Both the position numbers and the translations under genes were made by a program. 64,000 nucleotides of DNA, taken from contig JAAILG010000878.1 of assembly GCA_012026655.1 (NCBI GenBank), positions 1 through 64,000 on the forward strand, in the 5' to 3' direction. This DNA comes from Hydrolagus affinis. Taxonomy: Eukaryota. Position 1 is the stretch's first letter. Each line of letters opens with the position of its first letter. The notes under the pieces are model-generated. The model searched no databases. It was not told the origin of the DNA and was given only the letters and a program-made list of their open reading frames with translations. Below, one piece after another: positions 52,208 to 64,000 of this stretch.

Positions 52208-52804
52208 TACGTTTCAAGAATAAAAACAGTTTCTAGTAAAGGGATTTAACCTGAGCAACTCTTAAAATAAATCTTCTTAGACAAACATTAAGGATCAAGC
52301 CATGTATTTATCAGTTATGTTACTTATTACTGGTAAAGCCCATTTACCGCTGGAATCTTGATGCAACACATATACTGGAATGAGTCAACCCTACAGTGTA
52401 TGATGAAGGCTTGTATTTTAATTGCAGCTGACCATGTGCCAATGATTAAAGTAATAAAAAGGAAGGCAATTTATTCTTCAGTGTTTTCCATAGATAAATG
52501 CTGGCTACTTTTTGTTGTATACTTTTCTATCCTATGTTTGAGAAACACATGAATGACAAACATCAATATTGTTACATACTGTGCCGGCATCCCAACATTG
52601 ACATATGAGCTCCACATGTTCAGCTACTGTAGATAAGACTGCACTGTGTCGCTGTTGAACCTTTGTTTACTGGGACCTGGGGAGAAAAATTTCTAGAGGC
52701 ACAAATGTCAGAGGCAAAGTCATTCTTTTTATTACTCATTCTTACTTGTTTCCCAGTTTCTTATTCCTCTGTTGTAAACTTGATTGATTTTTGAAAGGTA
52801 TTGA

Positions 52805-52975
52805 AAGCTCCCCGATGGCTCAGTTAATAAAGCCGCCAAGCTATACAGATGAAAAAGTCACAGATTCGATTCCCCAATCTGTACTGAATTGGCTGATCTT
52901 AACTGTGGCCAATAGTTTGGTGTTACAATTAATCACAGTATTTCTGGACTTGAAAGGGGTGAGAGAGAGGAACGA
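52805..52975 (+). mobile_element. Ancient tRNA-headed SINE 5' part, family unassigned
   Basis: 'gatggctcagttaataaag..cagattcgattccccaatctgtactgaattggctgatct..ggtgttacaatt'. Confidence 0.5.
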
Positions 52976-53042
52976 GGGGGTAGAGTCTCACTGGAAAAAT
53001 CTATAAGAAAAGCTGCTGTATTCAGTATTACTTTTGTGGGAT

Positions 53043-53400
53043 AATAATAAATAAGAACAATAATTATTGCATTTGACATAACACATTATCATATCTCAAG
53101 ATGCTTCAGAGGAAAACTCTAAATTGGATTGACTGTGAGTGAAATGTGGCAGGCAGTTTACGAATGGCAATGACCCACAAACAGCTATAAGCTAATTGAT
53201 CAATGGGGTAATGTTGAACAGAGAGAAACTCCTTTCTCTTTTCGAATAGTGTCATGGAAACGGAGGAAAGCAGGTTAGAAATGTATTGTGCATTGTTTTT
53301 CACTCACCATATCCAGAAAATTCACTCTATTATATATTCTGTGAAGCGCTTTGAGATGTATTGAAAATGTGATAATGCAAGGATTATGATTATTATTATT
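53043..53400. mobile_element. Two head-to-head SINE fragments (DeuSINE-like on -, 53043-53270; (ATT)n tail on +, 53310-53400)
   Basis: 'ttgcatttgacataacac..gacccacaaacagc..ctcttttcgaatagtgtcatgg' and 'ttctgtgaagcgctttgagatg..atgcaaggattatgattatt'. Confidence 0.6.
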
Positions 53401-56192
53401 AATGTGCATGCTCATTAGAGAAACTGGTGGCGATACGCACCTCACCTCATGACATATTTTAGATTTGGCTTGAACCGTGACCCTTCTGATATAACATTTG
53501 GAGATGTCAATAATGGAGCTCAATTGTAATTCATGAACTATTTTGTTTTGGATTCCTGGCTGGACAAAACACTGAACATATCTTTGTCCACAGCTCAACA
53601 ATGGGTCTATATTACTAAACCACTCTTTGTACTTTGATGAAAGAAAAATTTGAAATAACATATTTACTGCTAAGAATACTCTAGTAATAGTTCATCTAAA
53701 ATGTAAAAGATTATTGTCCATAGTCTTCAGCTACACACTCCAAAACTAGTCGGTCAACGTGATCCAGAAAACCTGTGCAATGAAATAACAGAGTTGATGC
53801 AAATTGAGTTCCTTTCCTTGTTCATTGAAAGACAAAAGTGCATGTATCTTTATCTGACCAAAAGATGCATGCATATGCAAAGAACACAGAGCATTTTGGG
53901 AAAATAAGAAAATAGATTGTCTGAAATATATATAATATATATATTCTTTCTAACATCTTTTCAAGTGAATCAGTTTCTAATTTAACAAATTCTTCCATCA
54001 ATTTTCAAAGGAAATTTAAATTTTCTACTTGGATCTGAATCATTCTGCATAAGGATGTGTTTAAATACACTGTGGTTTTGATGGTGCCTTCAAATGTATT
54101 TGTGCACAAGGGTCTTTTAAGTTGAAATTCAGTGATTGATTCATTGAATAATTTAATTCAAACCATGTTTTGAAAGCACTTACAATCAAATTGGTTGAGA
54201 ACTGGCTGCGAATTAACTCCAAGGTGGGAGTCAACCAACTTTAGAAATGTTTAGAGAATGACAAGCTATGGGGAATTTATCTGAGAGCTTTTCACACACT
54301 TTGTACGATGTCCCCAAGACAATTTTGTTCTTATTTGTTTTGACTGATTTAAACAAACTTTTGAAATACACCTTTCAAGTTATGTGGTTGTGATTTTGAA
54401 CTTGATTGATTTGGACTGGATTAATGCAGGGATCTTTGAGCTTCATTTTCAACACCAGGAAAATATGTCATATGTTTTTATATCATAGCAAATTCCTTTC
54501 TGCGACACAAGGAACTCATGATTAACAATAATGTACATCTAGAAGACGTGAAAAATGCTATTCCAAACACAAGGAGTATTATTATTATTATTAGACATTG
54601 ATGGACACTACCACGTGACACTCGATAGTGTCATTTCAGAACTAGGGATTGGCAACCTGGTTTATTAATGATATGCTTCCAGTTAGTTTCAGATCCTGTT
54701 AAGATTACAACAGAGGTGATAGTGGTTGTATTAACAAAATTGATGACTCAATTGAAACCCGTGATATCTTGAGATTGTTGTTAAAAAAATGCTGCACAAT
54801 ATTAAATAGTGTCTGTATAGAAACAAAAATGTATCGAATGAATTTGTGCAACTGAGGTTAGATTGGAATTGAGGAAAGTCACTTTGATGGAGAGACTTGA
54901 CCTTGTGTTAACTCCAGTGTATGCAATATTGCTAGGAAATCTCATTATAAGCAAGTAATGTGAAGATTGATATTTCCAGTGATGATCTGTTGATCAATCT
55001 GCCATCACTATGGTTGGGAAAATTGGGAAGCCTGCCGTTTTCAAAATGTGTGTTGCAAATCTGAGCTGTGACACCAAATCTACCCAAACTTTCACAGTAT
55101 TATTTTCATATTTTTATCTTGGGGGTGCATGGGGGTGGGGGGGAAGCAGCACCAGATGTGAGTAGCAACGTCATGATATTGCATCTTACTACAAACATGG
55201 CAAAGTGTCATGCAAGACAAATTAGTGTTGGGAAACTCCACCTCTGATTTCTGCTGTGGGAGATTGAAATTTGAAAGAGCACCTCATGGTTCATTGGTTT
55301 TCAATATTTTAGCTGAGGTTGTTATTCTGGATAGGAGACTTTACTCTGATTTATAACTATAATATAATACAGCTGCTCAGATCATCTGAAGAGCCTTCGG
55401 AGAGACCCCGTCTAGTATTTCCTTGGAAACTAGTGACAATGATCTATGCATATGATGACAGGAGGAACAAGGGACTGGGTAGCGATAATGATAGAACAAT
55501 GGTGTCCCACTTAGAAGGACAGAGTAAAAGGTGAGTACTAAAAATAGACCTCCAATTTTTTTTTAGTTTTTGATAAAGCTGGTCTGGTGATTTAGAACAT
55601 AAAACATTTCCATAGTATTTGATATTGTTCTTTTGCTCATTTTAACCTATTCAGTATCATTCCTTAATGTTTCTTATATTTATTAAATGTAGATGATGGC
55701 TTAAGCGGGGCCTCGTTGGAGTTGGACTGGCTCCAAGGTGACTTGCCTGGCAGCAGAAAATCAGAATCGAGCCAACCTCTGAGGTAGTCTCAGTAGTTTA
55801 GTTCCTGAGTCAAGCAGATTCCAGGGCACTGCTGATGACAGCACAGCCAGCCTGTTTGGGCAGACCAGTCACTGGGGGCAGTGAATCATCCCACTCAGTT
55901 CCTCTTAATCACGCAAGCCAAAGACCTTACAGGTGATGTGGTCCTATCTGGACACGCAGCGGAAAAGCTTTCCAGACAGCAATATCAATGGCAAAGTTTT
56001 CAGTTTTAGCTGGTTAGTCTCTAGCAGTACCCCAACGAATACTCTGGGGTCCCGAAGCCTTGGCTGATTTCTTATAATATCAGAAAAGGTTAGGGGGAGT
56101 TTGGTTCTTCTTGTTCAAAATAGTGAATATATTGAACTCACAGTATTCTTGTTTTTCTATTCATGTTTTCAAAAGCTTTGTTATTTATAACA

Positions 56193-56292
56193 NNNNNNNN
56201 NNNNNNNNNNNNNNNNNNNNNNNNNNNNNNNNNNNNNNNNNNNNNNNNNNNNNNNNNNNNNNNNNNNNNNNNNNNNNNNNNNNNNNNNNNNN
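56193..56292. other. Assembly gap (100 N)
   Basis: Run of exactly 100 n. Confidence 1.
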
Positions 56293-56315
56293 ATTCTATG
56301 ATTCTATGATTCTAT
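56293..56315 (+). repeat. (ATTCTATG)n CR1 3' tail
   Basis: 'attctatgattctatgattctat' immediately after the gap. Confidence 0.75.
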
Positions 56316-57224
56316 ATGAATGAATGCTTCCCTTCTGCCTGAGCCGGACCAAATAAAGGAAAACCCTGTGAACATGTGATTTAATCAAAGGTTAATGGGT
56401 CACTACCAAAGTGGTAGGAACTGCTCCACCTCCCTCCTCAGCACATTACACACAGATTTGCATTAGCTCTTCTGTTGATCCATTCGTTCTTTTTTTTATT
56501 TAACCTTATAATATCTGTTTCCAGGTGAGGCAATTGAAATGCCAAACTACACATATGTGCATGGAATTTTCAGTGAATCGAAAAAGGAACCGATTAATCT
56601 AACACTGGGTTACATTGTTACAAAACAATGCAGCCTTACAGAAGGAGTTACACAGTGGCTTTGTTCTAAATTGGAAACCATTCAACTTCAACAGTAGGCT
56701 GAACTAGGTAGGGTCATCAGAATTAATCAGACCTATAGGGACTACAATTGGTATAGAGAAGACAACGAGAAAGTCCTACATGTCTATGTGTGTTGCAATA
56801 AGATTCCTCAATTATCAGAATTGCCTTCTTATAAAGTACCACCAGTACCACCTCAAATGGCCATTGTCGTGTGAGGCTAACCTGTCTTCATCAAATCACC
56901 CGCATCCAGTAGAAATTGCACAATGTAATCCCTTGCTATTTAATTTCCCCCCTCCTTCCACAGACCGGGAAACTGAGATTAATTCAGTGCTACTCAAATT
57001 TGGCCACCAACAACAGCACTCCCAGGCTTCCCTACACCATGTGAGGTGTACAACTGCTATCGGCCACCTCTAGCATCAATACAATGCCGGTGGTGCAAAG
57101 TTCTTAACTGCTAAGCCAATTGCGACTGTACTGATAAAATAATAATTTTAATGCATATTTCATCAAAAGATTTTCATTAATTGTGCTGTTCTTGTTACCA
57201 TCCGTGCAGGTGATGGTAACAAAA

Positions 57225-57345
57225 ATCCGCACAATTGGCTCCCGCTTTTCGCCCACAAATATACAGTCAATTCACTTTACAGTATATTCTGTGAGGAGTT
57301 TTGAGACATCTAGAAGACATGAAAAGCCCTAGGATTATTGTTATA
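57225..57345 (+). mobile_element. SINE 3' half, (ATT)n family
   Basis: 'gcacaattggctcccgcttttcgcccacaaatatacagtcaattcactttacagtatattctgtgagg'. Confidence 0.75.
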
Positions 57346-58469
57346 TTTTCTTCACAAAGGACATCATAAACAACAGCGGGTAGTGTTGGCGATATTTTGC
57401 TGGAAAGATGTGAAGCAGAGGTTCACAATGTAATCTAAATTGGTCAAACTTTATTGTTTAATCACCCACTGTGAGCTTGTTAAAATAGCTTCTAAGTAGA
57501 GCAATTGATTTTATGGCAATCAGTAATAGGGAATTCAGACACTTAATATATTCTCTACATACCTGGAGCGATTATGACCATTAAATCACTAGTGTGATTG
57601 TATATGTTTTATTGTAAACCTTCATGGAGGTGGCTTTATTCAGTCTGGAATCTATTATTATTTTTGCCAGAAGCAGGCGTCACAGTAAAATAAACTGTTC
57701 TACTCTCGTCCACGCTAAATGGAGAGACAGTCCAGATTGTTGGGCAGTGTGGAATACACTTTGCAGTGTGTGTGTGCTGTGCACAGTAAGGCATGCCATA
57801 CCTGGAAAGTTAATTAATGCCAAAGGATGGCCGTTTTGTTCTCGCTGATCAAGAAAAAGGTAACGGTATAATCTGTGAAGCACTTTGGGACATCTAGTAG
57901 ATGTGAAAAGCGCTATACTAAATGGAAGGATTCTTATTGTTATTATACCAAGTTGGCACAAATAAGTTTCCAGTTTGAAAATCAAATCAAAAGCTAGTTT
58001 GTTGTTAAATTTGGTAATACCTTCATGCTTCATGTTATATGCTATGTTTGGCTGTGTTCCTTCTATCATCCACTGGTGTTCTTCATGGTGAATGCCTTCT
58101 TGTTCTGTTTTATCATTAATTTCCTTTGGTTGGAGTTTATTTCTTTAAAAAAAATTATTACTGTTCAGTGTGTTCAGTATTTATCATTCGAATTGTTCCC
58201 AAAGGACAGTGAAAAGATAGAAAGTAGCTGGATAAAAGCGCTAAGGAATTGGTCATTAAATAACTCTTCTGGCTAAGTTGCTAAATTATATTTGAAGTGT
58301 ACGGCTAGGCTGCTTCTGTTTTGCAGAAAAATATTTTCTTATTTAATTTTAAAAATCATTCATTTGTCATTTATGTTTAGTTATCATATGCTACAAAGGG
58401 TGGTATTTTTGTTCATCGCTCTCTGCTTGCTTCTACCACACATTCTGGGTATTTGAATAATTTTTGCAT

Positions 58470-58612
58470 ACACGAGAGAAAAGGGAACAGAGGGGATATG
58501 GGAGAAGGAATTTGAAGGGATGGAGATTCAGGGGTAGAGTATGATCACTGGCATCGGTTAGTTGGGGCAAATGTTTGTTTTCATGCTGTTAATATTCTAT
58601 GTTATTCTATGT
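58470..58612 (+). mobile_element. CR1 3' end fragment
   Basis: 'gagaaaagggaacagaggggatatggg..cactggcatcggttagttggggcaaatg..atattctatgttattctatg'. Confidence 0.6.
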
Positions 58613-61358
58613 AATCTGCTGAACATCACATTTCTCCCCCATTAAAATTGTCTCTTCTGTGAGGTATAAAGACATATAAATAGATTATGCTGTTTGTATA
58701 CAGTAAAGTATTCAATTAAAATATAGCTATTGGATGAATAAAACTACCATATTTTGGTCTTTTGAATACCGAGATAGAATGCAACTTTTTGGATATTGCT
58801 TTCTTGTTCCAAGTCCAAGGATTCAGTGTGATGTCAGAGCACATAACACTGAAACCAGTACTAATGCAACAATAAATTGCTGGTTTAACACACAATATTA
58901 TAGACCTCTGAGCTTTGATCTTAATTCTTTTATGGTGTTATTTAAACTGCTTGTTTGCGTCACAGCTCCTTCATGCACCCAACCAAATACCCCTTATCTT
59001 TCTGATCATTCATTTTGCTTTTCTCTATAACTTCTGTATTTTGTACAAGCTTGTTTTGCTCCCTCTCTCCTAGTTTCCCTTGATGTTGAAAGCTTTTGGA
59101 TGTGCCACTTCAGAGCTGTTTATTATTTTGTAACACTGGTGTCCAATAAGAAAACTAAAGCAATTAAACCCTGAAGCTTCGAAAGGGAAATGACTGCTTA
59201 TTTCTTATTGATGGAAAAATAATGAGCAGACTTTTACAAATGGTTAAGTGTAGAGGGAACTGCGAGCATGGTAAATATTTTCAATCCAAGCTCTTTCTTT
59301 ACACCTGCATATGTAACTGGGAGGTTGGAGGTATGTACTCGTAGTACTCAAACATTGGACATGCTTTGTCTGTCTATGCCTGACCTGAGAATGTTCATTG
59401 CTGACACTGGGTAAGAAAAATGAATTCTCTCAAACACTGATATCCTTTATCTTACTGAGCTTACTTTTTGGAAAATACAACTCCCAGAAAACAAGATTGC
59501 ACAATTGAGAATAATTGTGGCTTCCTGCCACTTTCCTTGATTTTCACACACTAAACTCCTGTTATGATAATTGCGTAATTGCTCTAAATTATTGCAATTC
59601 ACCTACCTAACTCTCAGTTTGCACTGTGGACCAGTGGACAATTATAACATTTTGCATTTTCTAAATCAGATTAATGCTATTTTATCGCAGAAATAATGAG
59701 TCTGAATATGCGTTTAATCTTCAGGGGGAACAGTAAAAATAAAGTGTGTGGCTACAATTTTAATTAGAATTCCATTTTGGCTGCTCTGAAGTCCGTGAAT
59801 TGTATTGAGCATGTAACATGACTCTCAGAGGTGTAGAACACAGGATTGAAGGCATCAAGGTGGAGTTAGAAGTTGTCAGTTATAGAAAAAGGAATCCGTG
59901 ATACATTTTAAAGGATCTAATGTCATGTGATGCCAAATGTGCACTTAATCAGTCCTTCAGATGAGATGTTAAAAACGTCTGCCAGTTGTGGTGCATCCCG
60001 TGAAATAAATAGGACCTTTGTACTAATTTGGAGACAGTACAGGCACAGTGTTGATTTTCAAAGTCTGATTGTGATTCTGTGAGTTGTATCCACTTCCTGT
60101 ATTCTCATATATGTCAATGCTGGTATTCAGGAGTGCTGTAGTCTTATGTTCAACATATCACAGTTACTGATGGGAGAAGACAGCCCAAACTCCCAATAGT
60201 CCAAACTTCTCAATGAAGGACGTACAGCAGTTTCATCTACAAACCCCTCAGTGTAACTGAAATTAACTGGAAACTGCAGGGCCATAATTGGACTGTAGGG
60301 TGTAATTTGCGTTCAGTGACCATCAACAGCAGAAGTTTTAAATAAACAACATTTGAGATAATGAGGAGTTAGATAACAAATTCCTGACTCGGGATCAGGC
60401 AGACAGGAAACTCTTAACTCTGCCAACTAATTTATAAATGCAACTTTTCAACAGATCCCAGAGTTGTCAGTTGCAGACCTGACATTTGATAACACCGTTC
60501 AAAGAGAAGGGAATATCTGCTTGTCTCCTGCTCGACAATCTCACCCTACTTTTCTTCACGTCTGACTTTTTAAATGCTTAGATCTCAGATAACACAGTGA
60601 CATCTTCATGAGCCTTAATGGGCTGAATTTTGCCATACAAATATTCCTACAGAAACAATGCGAGAAAAAAAAATCCAATCTGGATGTTCCAGGCACATAT
60701 ATTTGTTAAAAGAAATGCATGAGATTTTGACACCAGGTCAGACTAACTGCTCACATAATGCAGTGTTTAATTATGCTCCAGGATCCATCACCATAATTTG
60801 CAGAGTTTTCTCTCCAGTAAACACGTAGCAAAGCAGAAATACTTACTAACACAGTCGACCGAATTTTTGCTTGAGGACAAATGTTAAGCTTTCCTACTTG
60901 TCAGTTTCGATTTTGACTGAAAAGATATTTTGGGTGAAAACGAACTGTAATTTGTAAACTGCATTCATCCAGTATTTGCCAAGAAATCATTTGAGGGGTA
61001 TTTTACAAGGGATATTTATTTAGAACATGTTTACAAGCTAGTTAAAAATAGTATACAGCCCAATGATGATTCATTCCATTGAATGTTGACTTTCTGTTTT
61101 GTATTCCATGTCGTGTGAAATCCCTGTAGATTTTAATGGCCTGTGTTGTCTTCTGCGTTTAATGTGTGACGGTATCCATAATCAAGGCCTGGCACCTATA
61201 TTTTTTACAGGAAGCAATAATACAGTGTCTGAAAATGCATTTTAATTTTTGAAAGTCCTGTAAAGAAATGCCAATAAAAAAAAGTTTGTATCCAACAAAT
61301 CCATTCACATGCAATAAATAGGTATGTTCTTGCAAAGTGTCCAAGTAGTTCTTTGTTG

Positions 61359-61511
61359 TTCCAAACCCAGCATTGGTGGAGATAAGGGATAGCCTTCGTT
61401 GAGGGTGATGGATGGGGATAAACTATCAGATCACATATTTTTACATCGAGATGAAGGATTGGCCATAGAGGCAATGTACATCATTGTATTTGAAAACATT
61501 GACCTTTTATT
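61359..61511 (+). repeat. Local direct repeat, copy 1 (partner 63756-63908)
   Basis: Shares a 36-bp and a 19-bp identical block with copy 2. Confidence 0.85.
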
Positions 61512-62819
61512 AAAGGGTTTATTCATTATTATTATTTTTAATTGGAAACCAAACATTGAAATTACGTGGCATCATCTATTGTGATTGTTCTCAAATTTTA
61601 GTTCAAAAGCTTTCTTGCTTAATTTATCTATTAATTTTTTGATATTTAGCAAGATGGAAAATCCGAGAAACATTTACATCAGTACACAAGATACACATAC
61701 CAACACTACACTTCATAGAAATCCTGTGAAACACTTTGAGACTTTTCGTTGACTTGGTAAAACACTGTATCAAATGGAAGGATTATTATTATAAAACCTT
61801 ATGCACAATGTAGGTGAGCTGTAAAAGAATAATGGTCTACTAAAGTGCATGACCCATTTAGGATATTTTATGATATTTCCAGATGTATATAATTCAACCC
61901 AGCAAAAATACATTATCTGAATGGTAAGTTTTTATTTTTTGTTGTATTATTTCACACAACCAAGCTTAATGAGAACCAGTCTATTAACAGATAAGACTAA
62001 CCTTTAAAGGTCAGGCAAATTGCAGACTGATTTCCAGTTATTTTCTCTGACTGACCTGGAGAGATTTCCTGACTAAAGCTCAGCCAAGCAGTTGCACATT
62101 AGGATCTCTCTATGTGAATTGAGTGTCTTGAAATGCTACTCAGTTACCCTGAGGTTTTTTTTGTGGACCTTTTAGAATGAATTTAAAAAATCACGGCTGA
62201 AGAATTTATCAAGCGTGAATTGGGCATTTTTTCTGAAGCTATGATTTGCCTATGCAATTGTTGTTTACTTTAGGAGTTCTTTACTGTCAGCCAAAAATAA
62301 ACTTCAGTTTGTTTCTCTCCAGATTTAATTTTTCAATCTAATTGCCATCAGATAATTTAATACCAGTAGAGGTGCAGAAGTCTTATGAGTAAATTTGAGT
62401 ATCATTAGGCAATAAATATGTGGTTGTCTCTATCGTACATGCTGCATAATCTAGTAACTGGAAGAATACATTAGGATTCAGATGATTGAAAATTCATACA
62501 ATCTAAATGTGAAATGAGTTCAGCTCTGCCACTGTTAAGCTCTCATATGCTCCCCACAAGAGTGGGATATACATACAAGTTGTTGTTGTTGAAGCTAAAC
62601 CCTGGTTTACATTGATTAAGGGAGATTAATCTCAATTTGGACTTACATTCCCCATCCTTTAGTGAAATATGAAATTGTTCAATTGCCCATCTTTATCCGT
62701 AAGAACTAAATTGTGTCACTTACAAATCTGACCCTGAAGCTATAAACACTCCTTCACCCCCCGCCTCTAAAAACAGAGCATTTTCTCAACCCCTACTGGT
62801 TTTTAATTATGAGTAATGA

Positions 62820-63170
62820 TTAGTGCCCTGGGACGTACTCCTAATGTGAAAGGTGCTCTATAAATGTAATTTTGTTTTGTTGTAAACAAGTTGGAGCTAT
62901 TCAGTCTTGAGTGGACTCTGAAGGGAACTTGTAGAGGTGTGTAAAATTTTAAATGGGATTGAAAAAGAATCCAGATCAATTTCCAGACAGATATGAAGAA
63001 GCTTTCCTTTACCCCCAGGAAAATTAATGACTCAAACAGAGGTAGAGGTCTGTAACATTTTAAATGGGATTGAAATTGATGCAACTCAAACAGGTAGTTG
63101 AGGCTAGGACACTGGACTCATTTAACAAGTAGCTTGATGCTGTGATGAGAGGATAGTGTGGTGGGTATTC
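62820..63170 (+). mobile_element. L2 tail (62820-62883) followed by CR1 ORF2/3' fragments (62890-63170)
   Basis: 'gccctgggacgtactcctaatgtgaaaggtgctctataaatgtaatt'. Then LFSLE..LVEVCKILNGIE-type sequence occurring twice (~62930 and ~63042). Confidence 0.65.
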
Positions 63171-63755
63171 TATCATTATAGAAAACGCTTGCACTTCATA
63201 TTCAATCATCCACCCCTGACACTTTGTGAATCGGTATTGTTCATAGAAGTGCCCCTGAATTCTTCAACATAAAAGGATGCTATGCTCAATCCACGTAAGA
63301 TAGACTTGATGTGAATTTTAGAAACCTCCTTAAAGTAGCTAATTACTTTTTCAGAGGCTTCTCATTATTCAAATGGTACATTTAGGAAAGTGAAGTTCAC
63401 ATTGATCGTGTTACTAAAAACTTAAATTGTTTTATCCAATATTAACTGCACAGTACTGTTTCATTTATCTGCTTGCCTTTTAGTTCACGGTTACATAAGT
63501 CATGTGCCTGGCCAGCAAAGGGTTTGGTCTGTTTAAACTTTCAATGAATTTCAGCTGGAGAATAATATAAGATATAATGCTCACATTTGATAACGCACCT
63601 TTCATGTCAGGAGGACATCTAAAAATCCTTCCAAGAATATGCTGTAAAGTCCAGTGACTGTATTTTGTTGGCAGTTTGTACATGTACTATTTGCTCTAAC
63701 CACAGAGAGCAAGTGAAGTTCCTGGCTGGTCTCGCGCATCTCCTAGCGGTTACAT

Positions 63756-63908
63756 TTCAAACTAGCATTGGCAGACATCAAGGATAGCCTTGGGTGAGGG
63801 TGATGCACAGGGATAAACTATCAGATCATGGTTTTTTTTATGTCTGGAAGAAGGTTCGGGCAAAGAGGCAATGTACATCATTGTATTTGAAAACATTGAT
63901 GTTTTATT
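63756..63908 (+). repeat. Local direct repeat, copy 2 (partner 61359-61511)
   Basis: See copy 1. Confidence 0.85.
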
Positions 63909-64000
63909 TGAAACACTTTACTGGAAAGGTTAAATTTTTAAAATTTTTGTTAAACCAGCAAACAAAGAGATTAGCAGCATTGCACGATCTCCGCTTAACT

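Noticed and set aside
61420-61490. Minus-strand ATGATGT...CTGA as a C/D-box snoRNA
   Set aside because: Imperfect C box, and the sequence next to the D box differs between the two copies; kept only as an unexplained duplicate.
61883-61923. 41-nt candidate exon (tttccAG..TG|GTAAGT) with a downstream acceptor at ~62322
   Set aside because: Joining the only open frame gives an immediate TGA; no homology recognised.
1-64000. CRISPR arrays, operons, defence systems, rRNA
   Set aside because: Intron-containing vertebrate DNA; no regularly spaced repeats or such genes seen.

Overview
AT-rich, repeat-dense eukaryotic DNA from a vertebrate, probably a cartilaginous fish (inferred from the repeat families: CR1 LINEs with (ATTCTATG)n tails, L2 LINEs with (GTT)n tails, DeuSINE/SacSINE1-type SINEs). 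I can support two convergent protein-coding genes. (1) A + strand NDNF-like gene (a paralog of neuron-derived neurotrophic factor) with three coding exons, 29487-29647, 29955-30079 and 30581-31962, giving 555 aa with a signal peptide; only the last exon appears in the ORF track. (2) A - strand 50-aa SMIM3-like single-pass membrane microprotein at 40693-40845, too short for the ORF track. The rest is intergenic or intronic: L2, CR1 and SINE fragments, an internally deleted Tigger/pogo DNA transposon with intact TIRs and TA TSD (39262-40165), a 100-N assembly gap, and a block-conserved local duplication near the right end. There are no prokaryotic-type systems such as CRISPR arrays or operons. 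The best leads are the NDNF-like/SMIM3-like pair (a probable ohnolog locus), a double hairpin in the likely NDNF-like 3' UTR, and the 61.4/63.8 kb duplicate. Family assignments come from my recall of the human proteins and repeat consensuses, not from a database search.
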